The position numbers and the translations under genes were made by a program. From Gemmatimonadaceae bacterium (GTDB lineage: Bacteria > Gemmatimonadota > Gemmatimonadetes > Gemmatimonadales > Gemmatimonadaceae): 64,000 nucleotides of DNA. The first letter of the stretch is position 1; every line of letters begins with the position of its first letter. A model generated the notes under the pieces. The model searched no databases. It was not told where the DNA came from and worked only from the letters and a program-made list of their open reading frames with translations. Below, piece after piece: positions 29,785-39,220 of the stretch. The stretch lies in the NCBI GenBank assembly GCA_035455745.1, contig DATIEP010000023.1, positions 16,628 through 80,627 on the forward strand. Direction: 5' to 3'.

Positions 29785-32463
29785 GTGTCCTTCATCGATG
29801 GACTAACGTATCGGTGGCGCGCGGCATTCCACCGCGCCGACCTCGATCGTGAGATCGACGACGAAATGCGCCACTACACCGAGCTCGAATTCCGCCAGCG
29901 GGCCAGCGAGAGCGCCGCGCGGCGGCACACCGGTCGCCCGCGGCGTGCCGTGAACGTCACGTACCTGCGCGAGGAGCTGCGCGCGATGTCGCGGCTCCGG
30001 ACGGTGCTCGATCAGGCGGCCCAGGACCTCCGCTATGCCTGGCGGACGCTGCGCACGTCACCGACCTTCGCCATCGTCGCGACGCTGACCCTTGCGTTAG
30101 GCGTCGGCGCGAACGCCACCATCTTCGGCATCGTCGACGCGGTCGTGCTCACCCCGCTGCCGTTTCCGCAGCCGGAGCGGATGGTGCGCCTCTTCTCCAC
30201 GCGCGACGGCCGCGTCGTGGGCAGCCCGTCGGAGTGGGACGTGCAGGAGATCGCACGAACGGCCGGCTCGTTCGAGCACCTCGTCCCCTACGACGAGTGG
30301 CCCAAAACGGTTCGCGTGGGCGGCAGCGCGGCGCGCCCCGAGAACATGCTGGTCGGACTGGTGTCGACGGACTACTTCAGGACATTGGGCGTGACGCCGC
30401 TGATCGGCCGCCTGTTCACGCCCGTCGAAGAGCAGCCCGGCCGCAACTACCTGGCCGTGATCAGCCGCGCCTTCTGGCGACAACGCTTCGGCGGCAGCCC
30501 AACCGTGTTGGGCGCGACGATGGAGATCAACGATGAGCCGTACACGATCATCGGTGTCGTGCCCGACCTCGACGTGGCGTGGCTGAGCCCCCGCGGGGTG
30601 GCGGCGCAAATCTGGACGCCGTGGGCGCTGCCGGCCGTCGCGCCCGCAGGCGCATGGCGCGGCGCCACCGGCAATGATGCAATTGCGCGCCTCCGCCCCG
30701 GCGTTTCGCTCGACCAGGCCCGCGCCGAGGTGGCGCGGTTCGCGGCGCAGTTCAGGCGCACGTACCCGTCGGACGCTCCGTACGGCCTCACGGTGACGCC
30801 CCTCGCCGACACCCGCGCGGGGCCGCTCGATTCTGTGTTAGGCATCCTGGGAGGTGCGGTGGCGTTGGTCCTGCTCATCGCCTGCACCAACCTCGCGAGC
30901 CTGCTCCACGCCCGGCACGCCGCGCGGCAGCGCGAGATGCTCGTGCGCACGGCGCTCGGCGCGAGCCGCAGCCGCCTCGTGCGGCAGCTGCTCATCGAAA
31001 CCGTGGTACTCGGCGGATTCGGCGGAGCGTTAGGCTTTTTGATCGCGATCGCGGGGTGCGCCGCGGTATCGCGCTGGCATCCGGCAAAATTTCCGCAGCT
31101 GGCCGGCCTGTCGGTGGACGGCACCGTGCTCGGCTTCTCCCTCGCCGTGTCGCTCGCCGCGGCGGCCATCTTCGGCGTCTGGCCCGCGTGGTCGACGTCG
31201 CGCATCGAGATCGCCGACCAGCTGCGTGGCGGCGGGCGCACAGGAACGGTCTCACGCGACGAGCGCCGCGCGCGCTCGGCGCTCGTCGTCATCCAGATCG
31301 CGCTCGCGCTCATTCTCGCCGCGTCGACGGCGCTCCTCACCCAGAGTGTCAGACACCTCACGCACCAGAAGCTCGGCTTCGACGCAGACCAGTTGTTCAA
31401 GGCGCAGCTGTACATTCCGCCGGCACGCTATCGCAACCCGGCGGCGGTCGCGCGGTTCGCCGACGAACTCGGCAACCAGATTCGGACGCTGCCGGGCGTC
31501 GAGGCCGCCACCGTGACCATGGGCTATCCGCCGGCGGCGGCGCGGTGGCTTCAGACCGTTTCGATCGAGGGACAAGCATCCGCCCGCGTCGAGGACCGCC
31601 CGACGGCGTTCTTCACCGTTGCCGACGACTCCTACCTTCGGGCATACGGTACCCGACTCGTGCGCGGACGCGATTTCCGCAGCACGGACGTGGCCGGCGG
31701 CCGCGCCGTTGCCATCGTCAGCGAGTCGTTCGTGCGCCGGAACATGCCTAACCGTGATCCCCTCGGCGCGCGCATCGAGCTGAGCACGCCAATCGTGGCG
31801 GTCGCGTCGCCGACGCCGATCACGATCGTCGGCGTGTTCCAGGACGTGAAGAACGATGGATTGAACGAACCCGCGCGCCCGCAAATCGTCGGACTGTACC
31901 GGCAGCTGCCCGAGTTCAGCTCGAACTTCAAGATCCTCATCGTGCGCACGCGAGGCGACCCGTCCGCGTTAGGCGCTCCCATCCGGCGCATCGTGAGGAC
32001 GATGGATCCGGATCTGGCGCTCGGCGAGGTGGCGACGATGCGCGACGTGGTGGCCGCGGCCGCCGGCGGCACCACGTACGCCGCACTCCTGGTCGGTGCC
32101 TTCGCGGTCCTGGGTCTGCTCCTCGCCGCGATCGGGACGTACGGCGTCGTGTCGTACATGGTGGCGCAGCGGTTGGGCGAGATCGGCATCCGGACCGCGT
32201 TGGGCGCCGGACCCTCTGCCATCATCCGCATGGTAATGGGAAGCGGTTGCGCGCTGGGCGCGGCCGGCGTGCTGCTCGGACTGCTCGGCTCGGCAGCGGC
32301 GGCTCGCGTGCTCGCCGGGCAAGTGTACGGCGTCTCGGCGATGGATCCGGCCACGCTCGTGGCGTCGGCCTCGGGATTGCTGCTCGTCACGGCGCTCGCG
32401 AGTGCCATTCCTACGTGGCGGGCGCTCCGCATCGATGCGGCCGCCGCACTGCACATGGACTAA
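29785..32463 (+). CDS. Duplicated orphan FtsX/MacB-type ABC permease (ADOP-type)
   Basis: 892-aa ORF with a GTG start, same architecture as 26320..28995 (TLTLALGVGANATIFGIVDAV ... IPTWRALRIDAAAALHMD). The stop TAA is in GACTAAC. Confidence 0.85.
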   Translation: MSFIDGLTYRWRAAFHRADLDREIDDEMRHYTELEFRQRASESAARRHTGRPRRAVNVTYLREELRAMSRLRTVLDQAAQDLRYAWRTLRTSPTFAIVATLTLALGVGANATIFGIVDAVVLTPLPFPQPERMVRLFSTRDGRVVGSPSEWDVQEIARTAGSFEHLVPYDEWPKTVRVGGSAARPENMLVGLVSTDYFRTLGVTPLIGRLFTPVEEQPGRNYLAVISRAFWRQRFGGSPTVLGATMEINDEPYTIIGVVPDLDVAWLSPRGVAAQIWTPWALPAVAPAGAWRGATGNDAIARLRPGVSLDQARAEVARFAAQFRRTYPSDAPYGLTVTPLADTRAGPLDSVLGILGGAVALVLLIACTNLASLLHARHAARQREMLVRTALGASRSRLVRQLLIETVVLGGFGGALGFLIAIAGCAAVSRWHPAKFPQLAGLSVDGTVLGFSLAVSLAAAAIFGVWPAWSTSRIEIADQLRGGGRTGTVSRDERRARSALVVIQIALALILAASTALLTQSVRHLTHQKLGFDADQLFKAQLYIPPARYRNPAAVARFADELGNQIRTLPGVEAATVTMGYPPAAARWLQTVSIEGQASARVEDRPTAFFTVADDSYLRAYGTRLVRGRDFRSTDVAGGRAVAIVSESFVRRNMPNRDPLGARIELSTPIVAVASPTPITIVGVFQDVKNDGLNEPARPQIVGLYRQLPEFSSNFKILIVRTRGDPSALGAPIRRIVRTMDPDLALGEVATMRDVVAAAAGGTTYAALLVGAFAVLGLLLAAIGTYGVVSYMVAQRLGEIGIRTALGAGPSAIIRMVMGSGCALGAAGVLLGLLGSAAAARVLAGQVYGVSAMDPATLVASASGLLLVTALASAIPTWRALRIDAAAALHMD

Positions 32464-32729
32464 CGCCGCACGCCCGCCGAGCTCGCGCTGCCGGCCCGTC
32501 AGCCATTGACTCGTATACCACGCTACAGAGTTTAGAATCAGAGGGGAGAGGAGACGGCCCTTGCGAATCGGTGCGGTTGCGGCAGAGGCCGAGCTGAATT
32601 TTCAAACGCCACTTCCAATTCATGACCGTAGGCGTTGTGCGCAAATGAATGCGCGCGTCGATCGTCACTCGGAACCGGGCGGGTGCTCGATCGCTTTCCG
32701 GTTCACCGCCTTACCGTCGAGCTCACACC

Positions 32730-33116
32730 ATGCCGAACACGATTGACGCGGTCACGACATGCGCGGGGAAAGACTTGGCCCGTCGTCCTTTGACCATCGT
32801 TCTGTGGTGGGGGCTGCCAATCGCCATCGGAATCGTCTCTGGTCTTCTGCACCTTTCATTTCGAGCTGTGGCTGGCGTTTGGGCCGCTGCATTCGTCTGG
32901 ATGGCGGGCGGCTGCCTGCTCAACGCGTGGCGTTGCCGTCGTGTGCATTGCTACATCTCGGGCCCGGTGTTGCTGTTCGGCGCCATCTTCCAGGGACTGG
33001 TGGCGTCAGGCGTGACCAACGTTGGGCCGCGCCTAGCGGGCAACGCGGTGAATGCGACATTGATTCTGGCTCTGCTGTCGTTCGTGCCGGAGATGGTTTG
33101 GAAGCGCTATGCTTGA
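32730..33116 (+). CDS. Small integral membrane protein, unknown function
   Basis: Start at MPNTIDAV, followed by four hydrophobic helices (LTIVLWWGLPIAIGIVSGLL, AGVWAAAFVWMAGGCLL, YISGPVLLFGAIFQGLV, ATLILALLSFVPEMVW). Confidence 0.55.
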   Translation: MPNTIDAVTTCAGKDLARRPLTIVLWWGLPIAIGIVSGLLHLSFRAVAGVWAAAFVWMAGGCLLNAWRCRRVHCYISGPVLLFGAIFQGLVASGVTNVGPRLAGNAVNATLILALLSFVPEMVWKRYA

Positions 33117-33268
33117 CGCGCGCCGTGCCTGAGCATTTCGATCCTCTTCTCACGCCCAACAACAGTCGGCGTGACTTGGGTCTCGACATTTATACCTTCA
33201 CTCGTCGCAAGAGCTGCGCGTTGAGCGCGACGACGATCGTGCTGAGAGACATCAGCACCGAGGGCGAA

Positions 33269-34555
33269 TCACTCGGCGCGCAACGTCCTCGACGGATCAC
33301 TCCGCGCAGCGCGCGCCGCTGGAACGCCGCACGCCGCGACGGCAACCGCGAGCAGCGTCGCCGCGAGCACCGCGAACACGATCGGGTCGTTGGGGCTGAC
33401 ATCGTACAGGAGCGATCGCTTCCACCGCGTGGCCAGCATCGCCGCGGTCCCGCCGATCAAGAGCCCCACCACGGCCAGCGTCGCTCCTTCACGCAACACG
33501 AGCGCGACGAGACGACCCGGCGCGGCGCCGATCGCCGCACGGACACCGAACTCGCGCTGCCGGCCCGCGACGTACAGCGCCATCACGCCATAGAGACCGA
33601 TCACCGCCAGCGCCAATGCCGCCGCGGCGAATCCGGCGAGTAGCAACTCCGTTAGGCGTCGGTCCTCGAGTGACCGGCTGATCGCGTTGGACAAGGGCCC
33701 CACGTTGTCCAGCGCGATGCTCGCGTCGAGCTCGGCGATCGTCCTTCGGATCGCGGCCACCGTGCCCGCGGACGTCGGGCCTGCCGTTCGCACGGCGAGC
33801 GTCGGGCGACTTCCCGGATTCTGCGCGTATGGGAAGAAGGTGTGCGGGCGCGCCGGCGTCGCCACGTTTTCGTCGCGAATGCTCTCGACCTCGCCGACGA
33901 TCGTGCGCCATGTCGTATCCCCGCTCATGCGAATCCGTTTGCCGATCGCTTCTCCACCCTTCCAGTAGCGATGCGCCAGCTCCTCGTCCACGATGACGAC
34001 CGGCACCGAACTCTTCTGGTCGGCGGACGTGAAGTCCCGGCCGTACAACAGATGCATCCCGAGCGTCGCGATTAACCCGGGCGTGGCGGAAATCTGAACG
34101 GTCTGCGTCGCGGCGCTCGACTCGGCGGCCGGCGCTTGGCCCTCCACAAGATATCCGTCCGTATTCACATCGTTCGCATAAATCGCCGGAAACATTGCGG
34201 CCGCGGCGGTCACGCCGGGGACCGAACGAATGCGTTCGACTAACGCCGACGTGAACACGACGTTCTGCGTCTTGTCCGCCATGCCGTAGCGCTGCGGCGG
34301 CAGTGCCATCGTCATCGATGTCACGCGTTGAGGATCGAATCCGAGGTCGGTCCGGAGAAGCTTCTGGAAGCTCTTCAGCACCAGCCCGGCGGACACGAGC
34401 AGCACGAACGAGAGCGCGATCTGTCCCACGATCAGCGTGTTGTTCAATCGACGCGCCCCACGGTGTGCGCTCCCCTTCGTGCCCGCGAGACTCCCGAGGG
34501 GTCGCATCCCGTTGCCTTGCCGCCTAACGCATGAGTTGAGTTCCTGCCGACGCAT
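33269..34555 (-). CDS. Half-size FtsX/MacB-type permease (second module only), possibly a 5'-truncated ADOP gene
   Basis: Corresponds only to the distal module of the full-length paralogues (LIVGQIALSFVLLVSAGLVLKSF ... GLYGVMALYVAGRQREFGVRAAIGA ... RSDPSRTLRAE). It begins right after the stop of 34584..37061. The ORF-track N-terminus overlapping that gene looks spurious. Confidence 0.5.
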   Translation of the reverse strand: MRRQELNSCVRRQGNGMRPLGSLAGTKGSAHRGARRLNNTLIVGQIALSFVLLVSAGLVLKSFQKLLRTDLGFDPQRVTSMTMALPPQRYGMADKTQNVVFTSALVERIRSVPGVTAAAAMFPAIYANDVNTDGYLVEGQAPAAESSAATQTVQISATPGLIATLGMHLLYGRDFTSADQKSSVPVVIVDEELAHRYWKGGEAIGKRIRMSGDTTWRTIVGEVESIRDENVATPARPHTFFPYAQNPGSRPTLAVRTAGPTSAGTVAAIRRTIAELDASIALDNVGPLSNAISRSLEDRRLTELLLAGFAAAALALAVIGLYGVMALYVAGRQREFGVRAAIGAAPGRLVALVLREGATLAVVGLLIGGTAAMLATRWKRSLLYDVSPNDPIVFAVLAATLLAVAVAACGVPAARAARSDPSRTLRAE

Positions 34556-34583
34556 CGAATGTCGACGCGTGAGGCAGAAGTCG

Positions 34584-37061
34584 CTACTCGCTCCGCAGCG
34601 CAGCCATCGGGTCGGCGCGGGCGGCGCGCCGTGCCGGCCCGTACGCCGACAATATTGCAACGACGAACATGGCTGCCACCACGGCGCCGAGCGTGATCGG
34701 ATCCCAGGGCGACACATTCACCAGCACGACGCGCATGACCTTCCCCGCCCCGAGCGCGCCGATGAGGCCAAACCCGATTCCGATCGCCGCGAGGATGCTG
34801 CTCTCGCCGAACACGAGACGGAACAACGCCGGCGCTCGAGCGCCGAGCGCTCGGCGAATTCCAAATTCCCTCATCCGTTGCGCGACCAGGAAGCTCACGA
34901 TGCCATAGAGTCCAATGATCGCGATCGCCGCCGCCGCGACCGCGAAGCTCATCATCGAGCCGGTCAATACGCGGTACGGAGCAGTCGCGTCCTCGATCAG
35001 TGCGGCGAACGTCTGGACGTTGGTCACCGCAAGATCGCGATCGAAGTCGTGGACCACCCGCGCCGCCTCGCGCGCCGCTTGCAACGGATCCCCCTGCGTA
35101 CGCAAGACGAACTGCACGGTGCTGGATGGCCGCTGCGCGAGCGGCACGTAGATCTCGCCTAACGACGTGGCGCCGATCGGGCGCCGCGCGGTGGGACGCG
35201 TTTCGGCCGCTATTCCGATGATGCGCCACGAGGCCTTGTCGATGACGACCGCGCGTCCGATCGGATCGGCGTTCCCGAACACGATGCGCGCGATGCGGTC
35301 GTCGATGATGGCGACGCGCGGCGCATCGGAGCGATCGCTCGCGTCGAACGCTCGCCCCGCACGAATCGGAACGGCGAGTGTCGTGAAGTAGTCGGCGTCC
35401 GCCGCGATCACGCGCGCCGTCGTCTCATGTCCCGGCGCGGATGGCGCATTCCCTTCAATGGCGAACGCCTCGGCCGGTGCGGCATTGCTGTATGGCAAGC
35501 CGAGGGCGGCAGTCGTCTGGACGACGGAGGGCACCGCACTGAGCCGTTGGGCCAGGCGCGTCCAATAGCGCGCATCGGCCGGCGCGCGACCGGCAGCGGA
35601 CCCGACGCTCGTCGGCGCCGTGACGCGCAACGTGAGCGCATGGTCCGAGCGAAATCCGTCGCGCACCATCTGCTGATGCTGCACGCTGCGTGCGAGTAGG
35701 CCCGCAGCGCCGAGCAGTACAACCGCGAAGGCAATCTCGACGACGACCAGAGCCCGGCGCACGCGCGACGTGCTGCTGCCTGCCGATGAGCCTCGTGCGC
35801 CGGCCTTCAAGTCGTCGACGAGCGCAGCGCGTGTGAATCGAAGCGCCGGCCACAAGCCGATGACGAGGCCCGTGAGTACGCTCGTAATGAGTGCGACGGC
35901 GAGCGCGTTGAGATCGAGATGCAGGCCGCGCCAGCGCGGAATGGCATCGGCGACAAACGACGGCATGTCATCGCGGACGAGGCGGATGCCGATCGCGGCA
36001 ACGCCCGCGCCGGCCAAGCCGCCGATCAGCGTGACCAACACGGTTTCCGTTAGTAACTGACGAACGATGCGCGAACGACTTGCGCCCAACGCGGCGCGAA
36101 CGGCGATCTCCTTGTTCCGCATCGTGAGGCGGGCCAGCAGCAGCCCGGCGAGGTTGACGCACGCGACGGCGAGCACCATGCCGACGGCGACGAAAAGCGG
36201 GATGTCGTCATCGTGCGTCGGCGTTTCCCAATCGGCGAACGTCTGAGCGCCGAAGGATGTGCCGCGCAATTCGGTTGGATAGCGAGCCTCGAGGCGTGCG
36301 CCGATCGTGGCGACCTCCGCGCGCGCGCCGGCGATCGACGCTCCCGCGCGGAGCCGCGCGAATGCATTGCCGCCGCCGGCGGCAGCGTGATTGGCTGTCG
36401 CGGCAGCGTCGAAGACGAGCGGCGCCCACACCGCCGTGCCTTCGGGCAGCGCGGCACGTTGCGGAATGATGCCGACCACGAGGCGCGGGACGCCATCGAT
36501 CACGAGCATGCGGCCGACAATCGAGCTGTCGCCGCCGAGCCGCGCCTTCCAGAACGACTCGCCTAACGCAATGACGTTGGTGTGGCTTTCCGCGCTGTCG
36601 TCGGCGCGGATCGTGCGGCCGAGGAGGGCATGCACGCCCAGTGTGCTGAAGAACCCCGGCGTGACGCGGGCGCCGGCCAGCACCTCGGCGCGCTCGTCGC
36701 CGCGGAGGACGGCTTTCCATGGTGTGACGAAGGCAAAGTCGGTCAACGTGCGCGATGACTCGCGCAGACCAACGAAGTTGCCACTGGCGAGCGTTCCGCA
36801 TGCCGCACAGTCGGCGGCGAGCCCCTGCCCCACGTGGACGAGGGTCGGCGGGTTCGCCACGTCGAGGTTCACGGCGCTGAGCGTCCGCTCGATGCCGAAC
36901 ATCGCCGTAGCCGCGCCGACGCCGAGCGCGAGCGTGAAGATGGTGGTGGCGGTGAATGCCGGGCTCGCGGCGAGTTGGCGCAGCCCGTGGCGCAGATCGT
37001 GGATGAGGTCGTTGAACAGAAAGTCTCCGGAGCTCGTTAGCAATGAAAACGGCCGAGACAA
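34584..37061 (-). CDS. Duplicated orphan FtsX/MacB-type ABC permease (ADOP-type)
   Basis: 825-aa ORF with a TTG start as given (the true start may be slightly downstream). DLRHGLRQLAASPAFTATTIFTLALGVGAATAMFGI ... ARRAARADPMAALRSE. No PadR gene is adjacent. Confidence 0.8.
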   Translation of the reverse strand: MSRPFSLLTSSGDFLFNDLIHDLRHGLRQLAASPAFTATTIFTLALGVGAATAMFGIERTLSAVNLDVANPPTLVHVGQGLAADCAACGTLASGNFVGLRESSRTLTDFAFVTPWKAVLRGDERAEVLAGARVTPGFFSTLGVHALLGRTIRADDSAESHTNVIALGESFWKARLGGDSSIVGRMLVIDGVPRLVVGIIPQRAALPEGTAVWAPLVFDAAATANHAAAGGGNAFARLRAGASIAGARAEVATIGARLEARYPTELRGTSFGAQTFADWETPTHDDDIPLFVAVGMVLAVACVNLAGLLLARLTMRNKEIAVRAALGASRSRIVRQLLTETVLVTLIGGLAGAGVAAIGIRLVRDDMPSFVADAIPRWRGLHLDLNALAVALITSVLTGLVIGLWPALRFTRAALVDDLKAGARGSSAGSSTSRVRRALVVVEIAFAVVLLGAAGLLARSVQHQQMVRDGFRSDHALTLRVTAPTSVGSAAGRAPADARYWTRLAQRLSAVPSVVQTTAALGLPYSNAAPAEAFAIEGNAPSAPGHETTARVIAADADYFTTLAVPIRAGRAFDASDRSDAPRVAIIDDRIARIVFGNADPIGRAVVIDKASWRIIGIAAETRPTARRPIGATSLGEIYVPLAQRPSSTVQFVLRTQGDPLQAAREAARVVHDFDRDLAVTNVQTFAALIEDATAPYRVLTGSMMSFAVAAAAIAIIGLYGIVSFLVAQRMREFGIRRALGARAPALFRLVFGESSILAAIGIGFGLIGALGAGKVMRVVLVNVSPWDPITLGAVVAAMFVVAILSAYGPARRAARADPMAALRSE

Positions 37062-37172
37062 ACGCCGCGGTCACCTGGTACCGAGGCCGTACGGCGCGGA
37101 ATGTCGCCGGTTTCAACGCGTAATTCGGGTTAGTCAGGACTCGTACCCCGTGCACGCATCGAGGATGGAGCC

Positions 37173-37658
37173 TCAACCGCCACGTGCCGCGTCGATTGCC
37201 GCGATGTCGATCTTCTTCATCTGCATCATCGCGTCGAACGCGCGCTTGGCGGCAGCCGGATCGGGATCGGCGATCGCTTTCGTCAGTGCGATCGGCGTGA
37301 TCTGCCAGCACAATCCCCATCTGTCTTTGCACCAGCCGCACGCGCTTTCCTCACCACCGTTGCCGACGATCGCGTTCCAATAGCGATCCGTTTCCGCCTG
37401 GTCAGCCGTTGCGACCTGAAACGAGAACGCCTCGCTGTGCTTGAACGCGGGTCCGCCGTTGAGCCCGAGGCACGGAATACCCATCACGGTGAACTCGACG
37501 GTCAACACGTCCCCTTTCTTTCCCGACGGATAGTCGCCCGGTGCGCGGTGCACCGCGTCGACCGACGAATCGGGAAAGGTCTGCGCGTAAAATCGCGCCG
37601 CGTTCTCGGCGTCGTCTTTGTACCACAAGCAGATCGTATTCTTTGCTGGCTTAGCCAT
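37173..37658 (-). CDS. VOC family protein (PhnB / 3-demethylubiquinone-9 3-methyltransferase-domain type)
   Basis: ICLWYKDDAENAARFYAQTFPDS...VLTVEFTVMGIPCLGLNGGP...GWCKDRWGLCWQI. Confidence 0.8.
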   Translation of the reverse strand: MAKPAKNTICLWYKDDAENAARFYAQTFPDSSVDAVHRAPGDYPSGKKGDVLTVEFTVMGIPCLGLNGGPAFKHSEAFSFQVATADQAETDRYWNAIVGNGGEESACGWCKDRWGLCWQITPIALTKAIADPDPAAAKRAFDAMMQMKKIDIAAIDAARGG

Positions 37659-37679
37659 GTCGCGTCTCCATCGAGTTGA

Positions 37680-38066
37680 TCATTCGCCGGCGGGCGGTTG
37701 CCAGAGCTCAACCTTGTTCCCTTCGGGATCGATGACCCATGCAAACTTTCCGTACTCGCTGTCGTCGATTTTCTCGAGCACGTTGCAGCCCTCTTCGCGC
37801 AATACGTTCACGAGGCCGTGCAGATCCTCCACCCGATAGTTGACCATGAACGGCGCAGTGCCGGGCGCAAACTGGTCACTCTTCTCCGAGGTGATGGACC
37901 AGGCGGTCGTTCCCGCAAACGGCTTGCCGTCGCTGTCGGTCCATGTGAAAGCCGCGCCACCCCATGCTTGAACATCGATTCCGAGGTGCCGCTTGTACCA
38001 CGCCTGTAATGCCGGAGCGTCTTTGGCTTTGAAGAAAATGCCGCCAATGCCGGTGACTCGCTTCAT
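37680..38066 (-). CDS. VOC family protein (glyoxalase/bleomycin-resistance fold)
   Basis: 128-aa ORF: GIGGIFFKAKDAPALQAWYKRHLGI...YGKFAWVIDPEGNKVELWQP. Confidence 0.8.
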   Translation of the reverse strand: MKRVTGIGGIFFKAKDAPALQAWYKRHLGIDVQAWGGAAFTWTDSDGKPFAGTTAWSITSEKSDQFAPGTAPFMVNYRVEDLHGLVNVLREEGCNVLEKIDDSEYGKFAWVIDPEGNKVELWQPPAGE

Positions 38067-38091
38067 GCGGACCTCCGCCGTTGATGCGTTC

Positions 38092-38185
38092 GAGAAGTGA
38101 GGTTAGGCGATAGCCCGGTGAACCGAAGGGTTGCCAGGCGATGGCGCCGGCGGGATGAATTGGATCCTCACCTCTCCCGTTAGGC
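38092..38185 (-). repeat. Degenerate attC-like palindrome (R' box not recognisable)
   Basis: gagaagtgagg (38092-38102) pairs with cctcacctctc (38166-38176), 10/11. Each arm abuts a GTTAGGC copy (38102, 38179), and a third variant GTTAGGA lies at 38207. Confidence 0.35.
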
Positions 38186-38207
38186 CCTCGAGCTCGCCGG
38201 GCCCCCG

Positions 38208-38369
38208 TTAGGAATCCGGTGCGCCGATCTCTTCGAGGCTGACCTGCGTCAATGCCGCGAGACGCGCCGTATGCTCAATGGTCATGTTCACGAGATTGCC
38301 GTCCTTGTCGAGATCGACGTAGACGGTCTCGGAGATCTCTTTCGTCTCATCGACCGGCTTGGCCGAGAA
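38208..38369 (-). pseudogene. DUF2283-like gene stub (C-terminal 53 codons, no start)
   Basis: Hand translation gives FSAKPVDETKEISETVYVDLDKDGNLVNMTIEHTARLAALTQVSLEEIGAPDS*. It begins in frame immediately after the GNAT stop codon, and its stop TAA lies in TCCTAAC. Confidence 0.45.
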
Positions 38370-38903
38370 TCATCCCTGCTGTTCATACCGCCGAATTGGC
38401 CGACGCATAACGAGGTCGCGTTGCGGATCCGTACCCAGGAGGAAGGTATGCTCGCCGACCTCCGCGAAGCCGCACTTCTTGTAGAACGCGATGGCGCGAG
38501 GGTTGCGTTCCCAGACACCAAGCCAGATCTGATCGGCACCGTGCGTTTCGGCGAGAGCGATCGCCGTGGCCATGAGTGCCTGCGCGACCCCACGCCCCTG
38601 CCACGCTTGCGAGACGTAGAATCGCTGGATCTCGACCGACTGTTGCGCACCGACGCACTCGGGACTGGGACCCCAGCGAAGTTGGGCAAATCCGACGAGT
38701 TGCCCATCCCGTTCGCAGACGAGCGTTTCTAAAGCGGGATCGAGGATCTCCCTGAGTTGCAGCGCTGCGCTGTAGTGGGTTTCACAGTGAAGTTGCATAT
38801 CCTCAGGCGTATTCATGCCTTCCAATGTCCCTCGAAACGTCTGCTCGGCCAACAGTGCCAGGGGACGCGCGTCACTCGCTTGAGCGGGTCGAATGTCAGG
38901 CAT
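38370..38903 (-). CDS. GNAT family N-acetyltransferase
   Basis: Start at MPDIRPAQASDARPLALL. IQRFYVSQAWQGRGVAQALM is the acetyl-CoA motif, and AIAFYKKCGF is also present. Confidence 0.85.
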   Translation of the reverse strand: MPDIRPAQASDARPLALLAEQTFRGTLEGMNTPEDMQLHCETHYSAALQLREILDPALETLVCERDGQLVGFAQLRWGPSPECVGAQQSVEIQRFYVSQAWQGRGVAQALMATAIALAETHGADQIWLGVWERNPRAIAFYKKCGFAEVGEHTFLLGTDPQRDLVMRRPIRRYEQQG

Positions 38904-38924
38904 ATCGGATTGCCGCGTCGGTGC

Positions 38925-38975
38925 GCCTAACGCAGTCCTAAGTGGCGAGCGGGCCCTCACCAGCGCCCGTTAGAC
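38925..38975 (-). repeat. Short attC-like palindrome (P5)
   Basis: On the coding strand, GTCTAAC (38975-38969) ... GTTAGGC (38931-38925), 51 nt, with an inner stem GTGGCGAG/CTCACCAG (6/8). The 3' box ends 21 nt before the GNAT ATG. Confidence 0.4.
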
Positions 38976-39181
38976 TGCCGGCACACGATTTGTGTGCTTT
39001 ACAAATTCAGTCCGCAGTAACCTGACGGTGCAGCCGACCAGCGACGTAATAGAACGCCTCGGCCGCTCTTCCGATAAAGGCCTGCTCGATGGCGTCATGG
39101 TCGAGCGGTTGCGGAATGGCGTGACCCTCAACATCGTAGCGCCACGCGCGAATTTGCTTGAGCGGCAGCAGCCGAAGCAAC

Positions 39182-39206
39182 CTTGTCAGTTGCAGCGTTC
39201 GTTAGC
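39182..39206 (-). repeat. Orphan 5' arm of the attC-like family
   Basis: The coding strand reads AGCTAAC-GAACG-CTGCAACTGACAAG and starts 14 nt after the stop of 39221..40102. No convincing partner arm lies within 140 nt. Confidence 0.5.
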
Positions 39207-39220
39207 TAGCAGCGAGGAGA

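Noticed and set aside
39005-39199. A 65-codon open frame (..LLRLLPLKQIRAWRYDVEGHAIPQPLDHDAIEQAFIGRAAEAFYYVAGRLHRQVTAD*).
   Set aside because: It has no ATG or GTG start and no family recognised. It may be a remnant.
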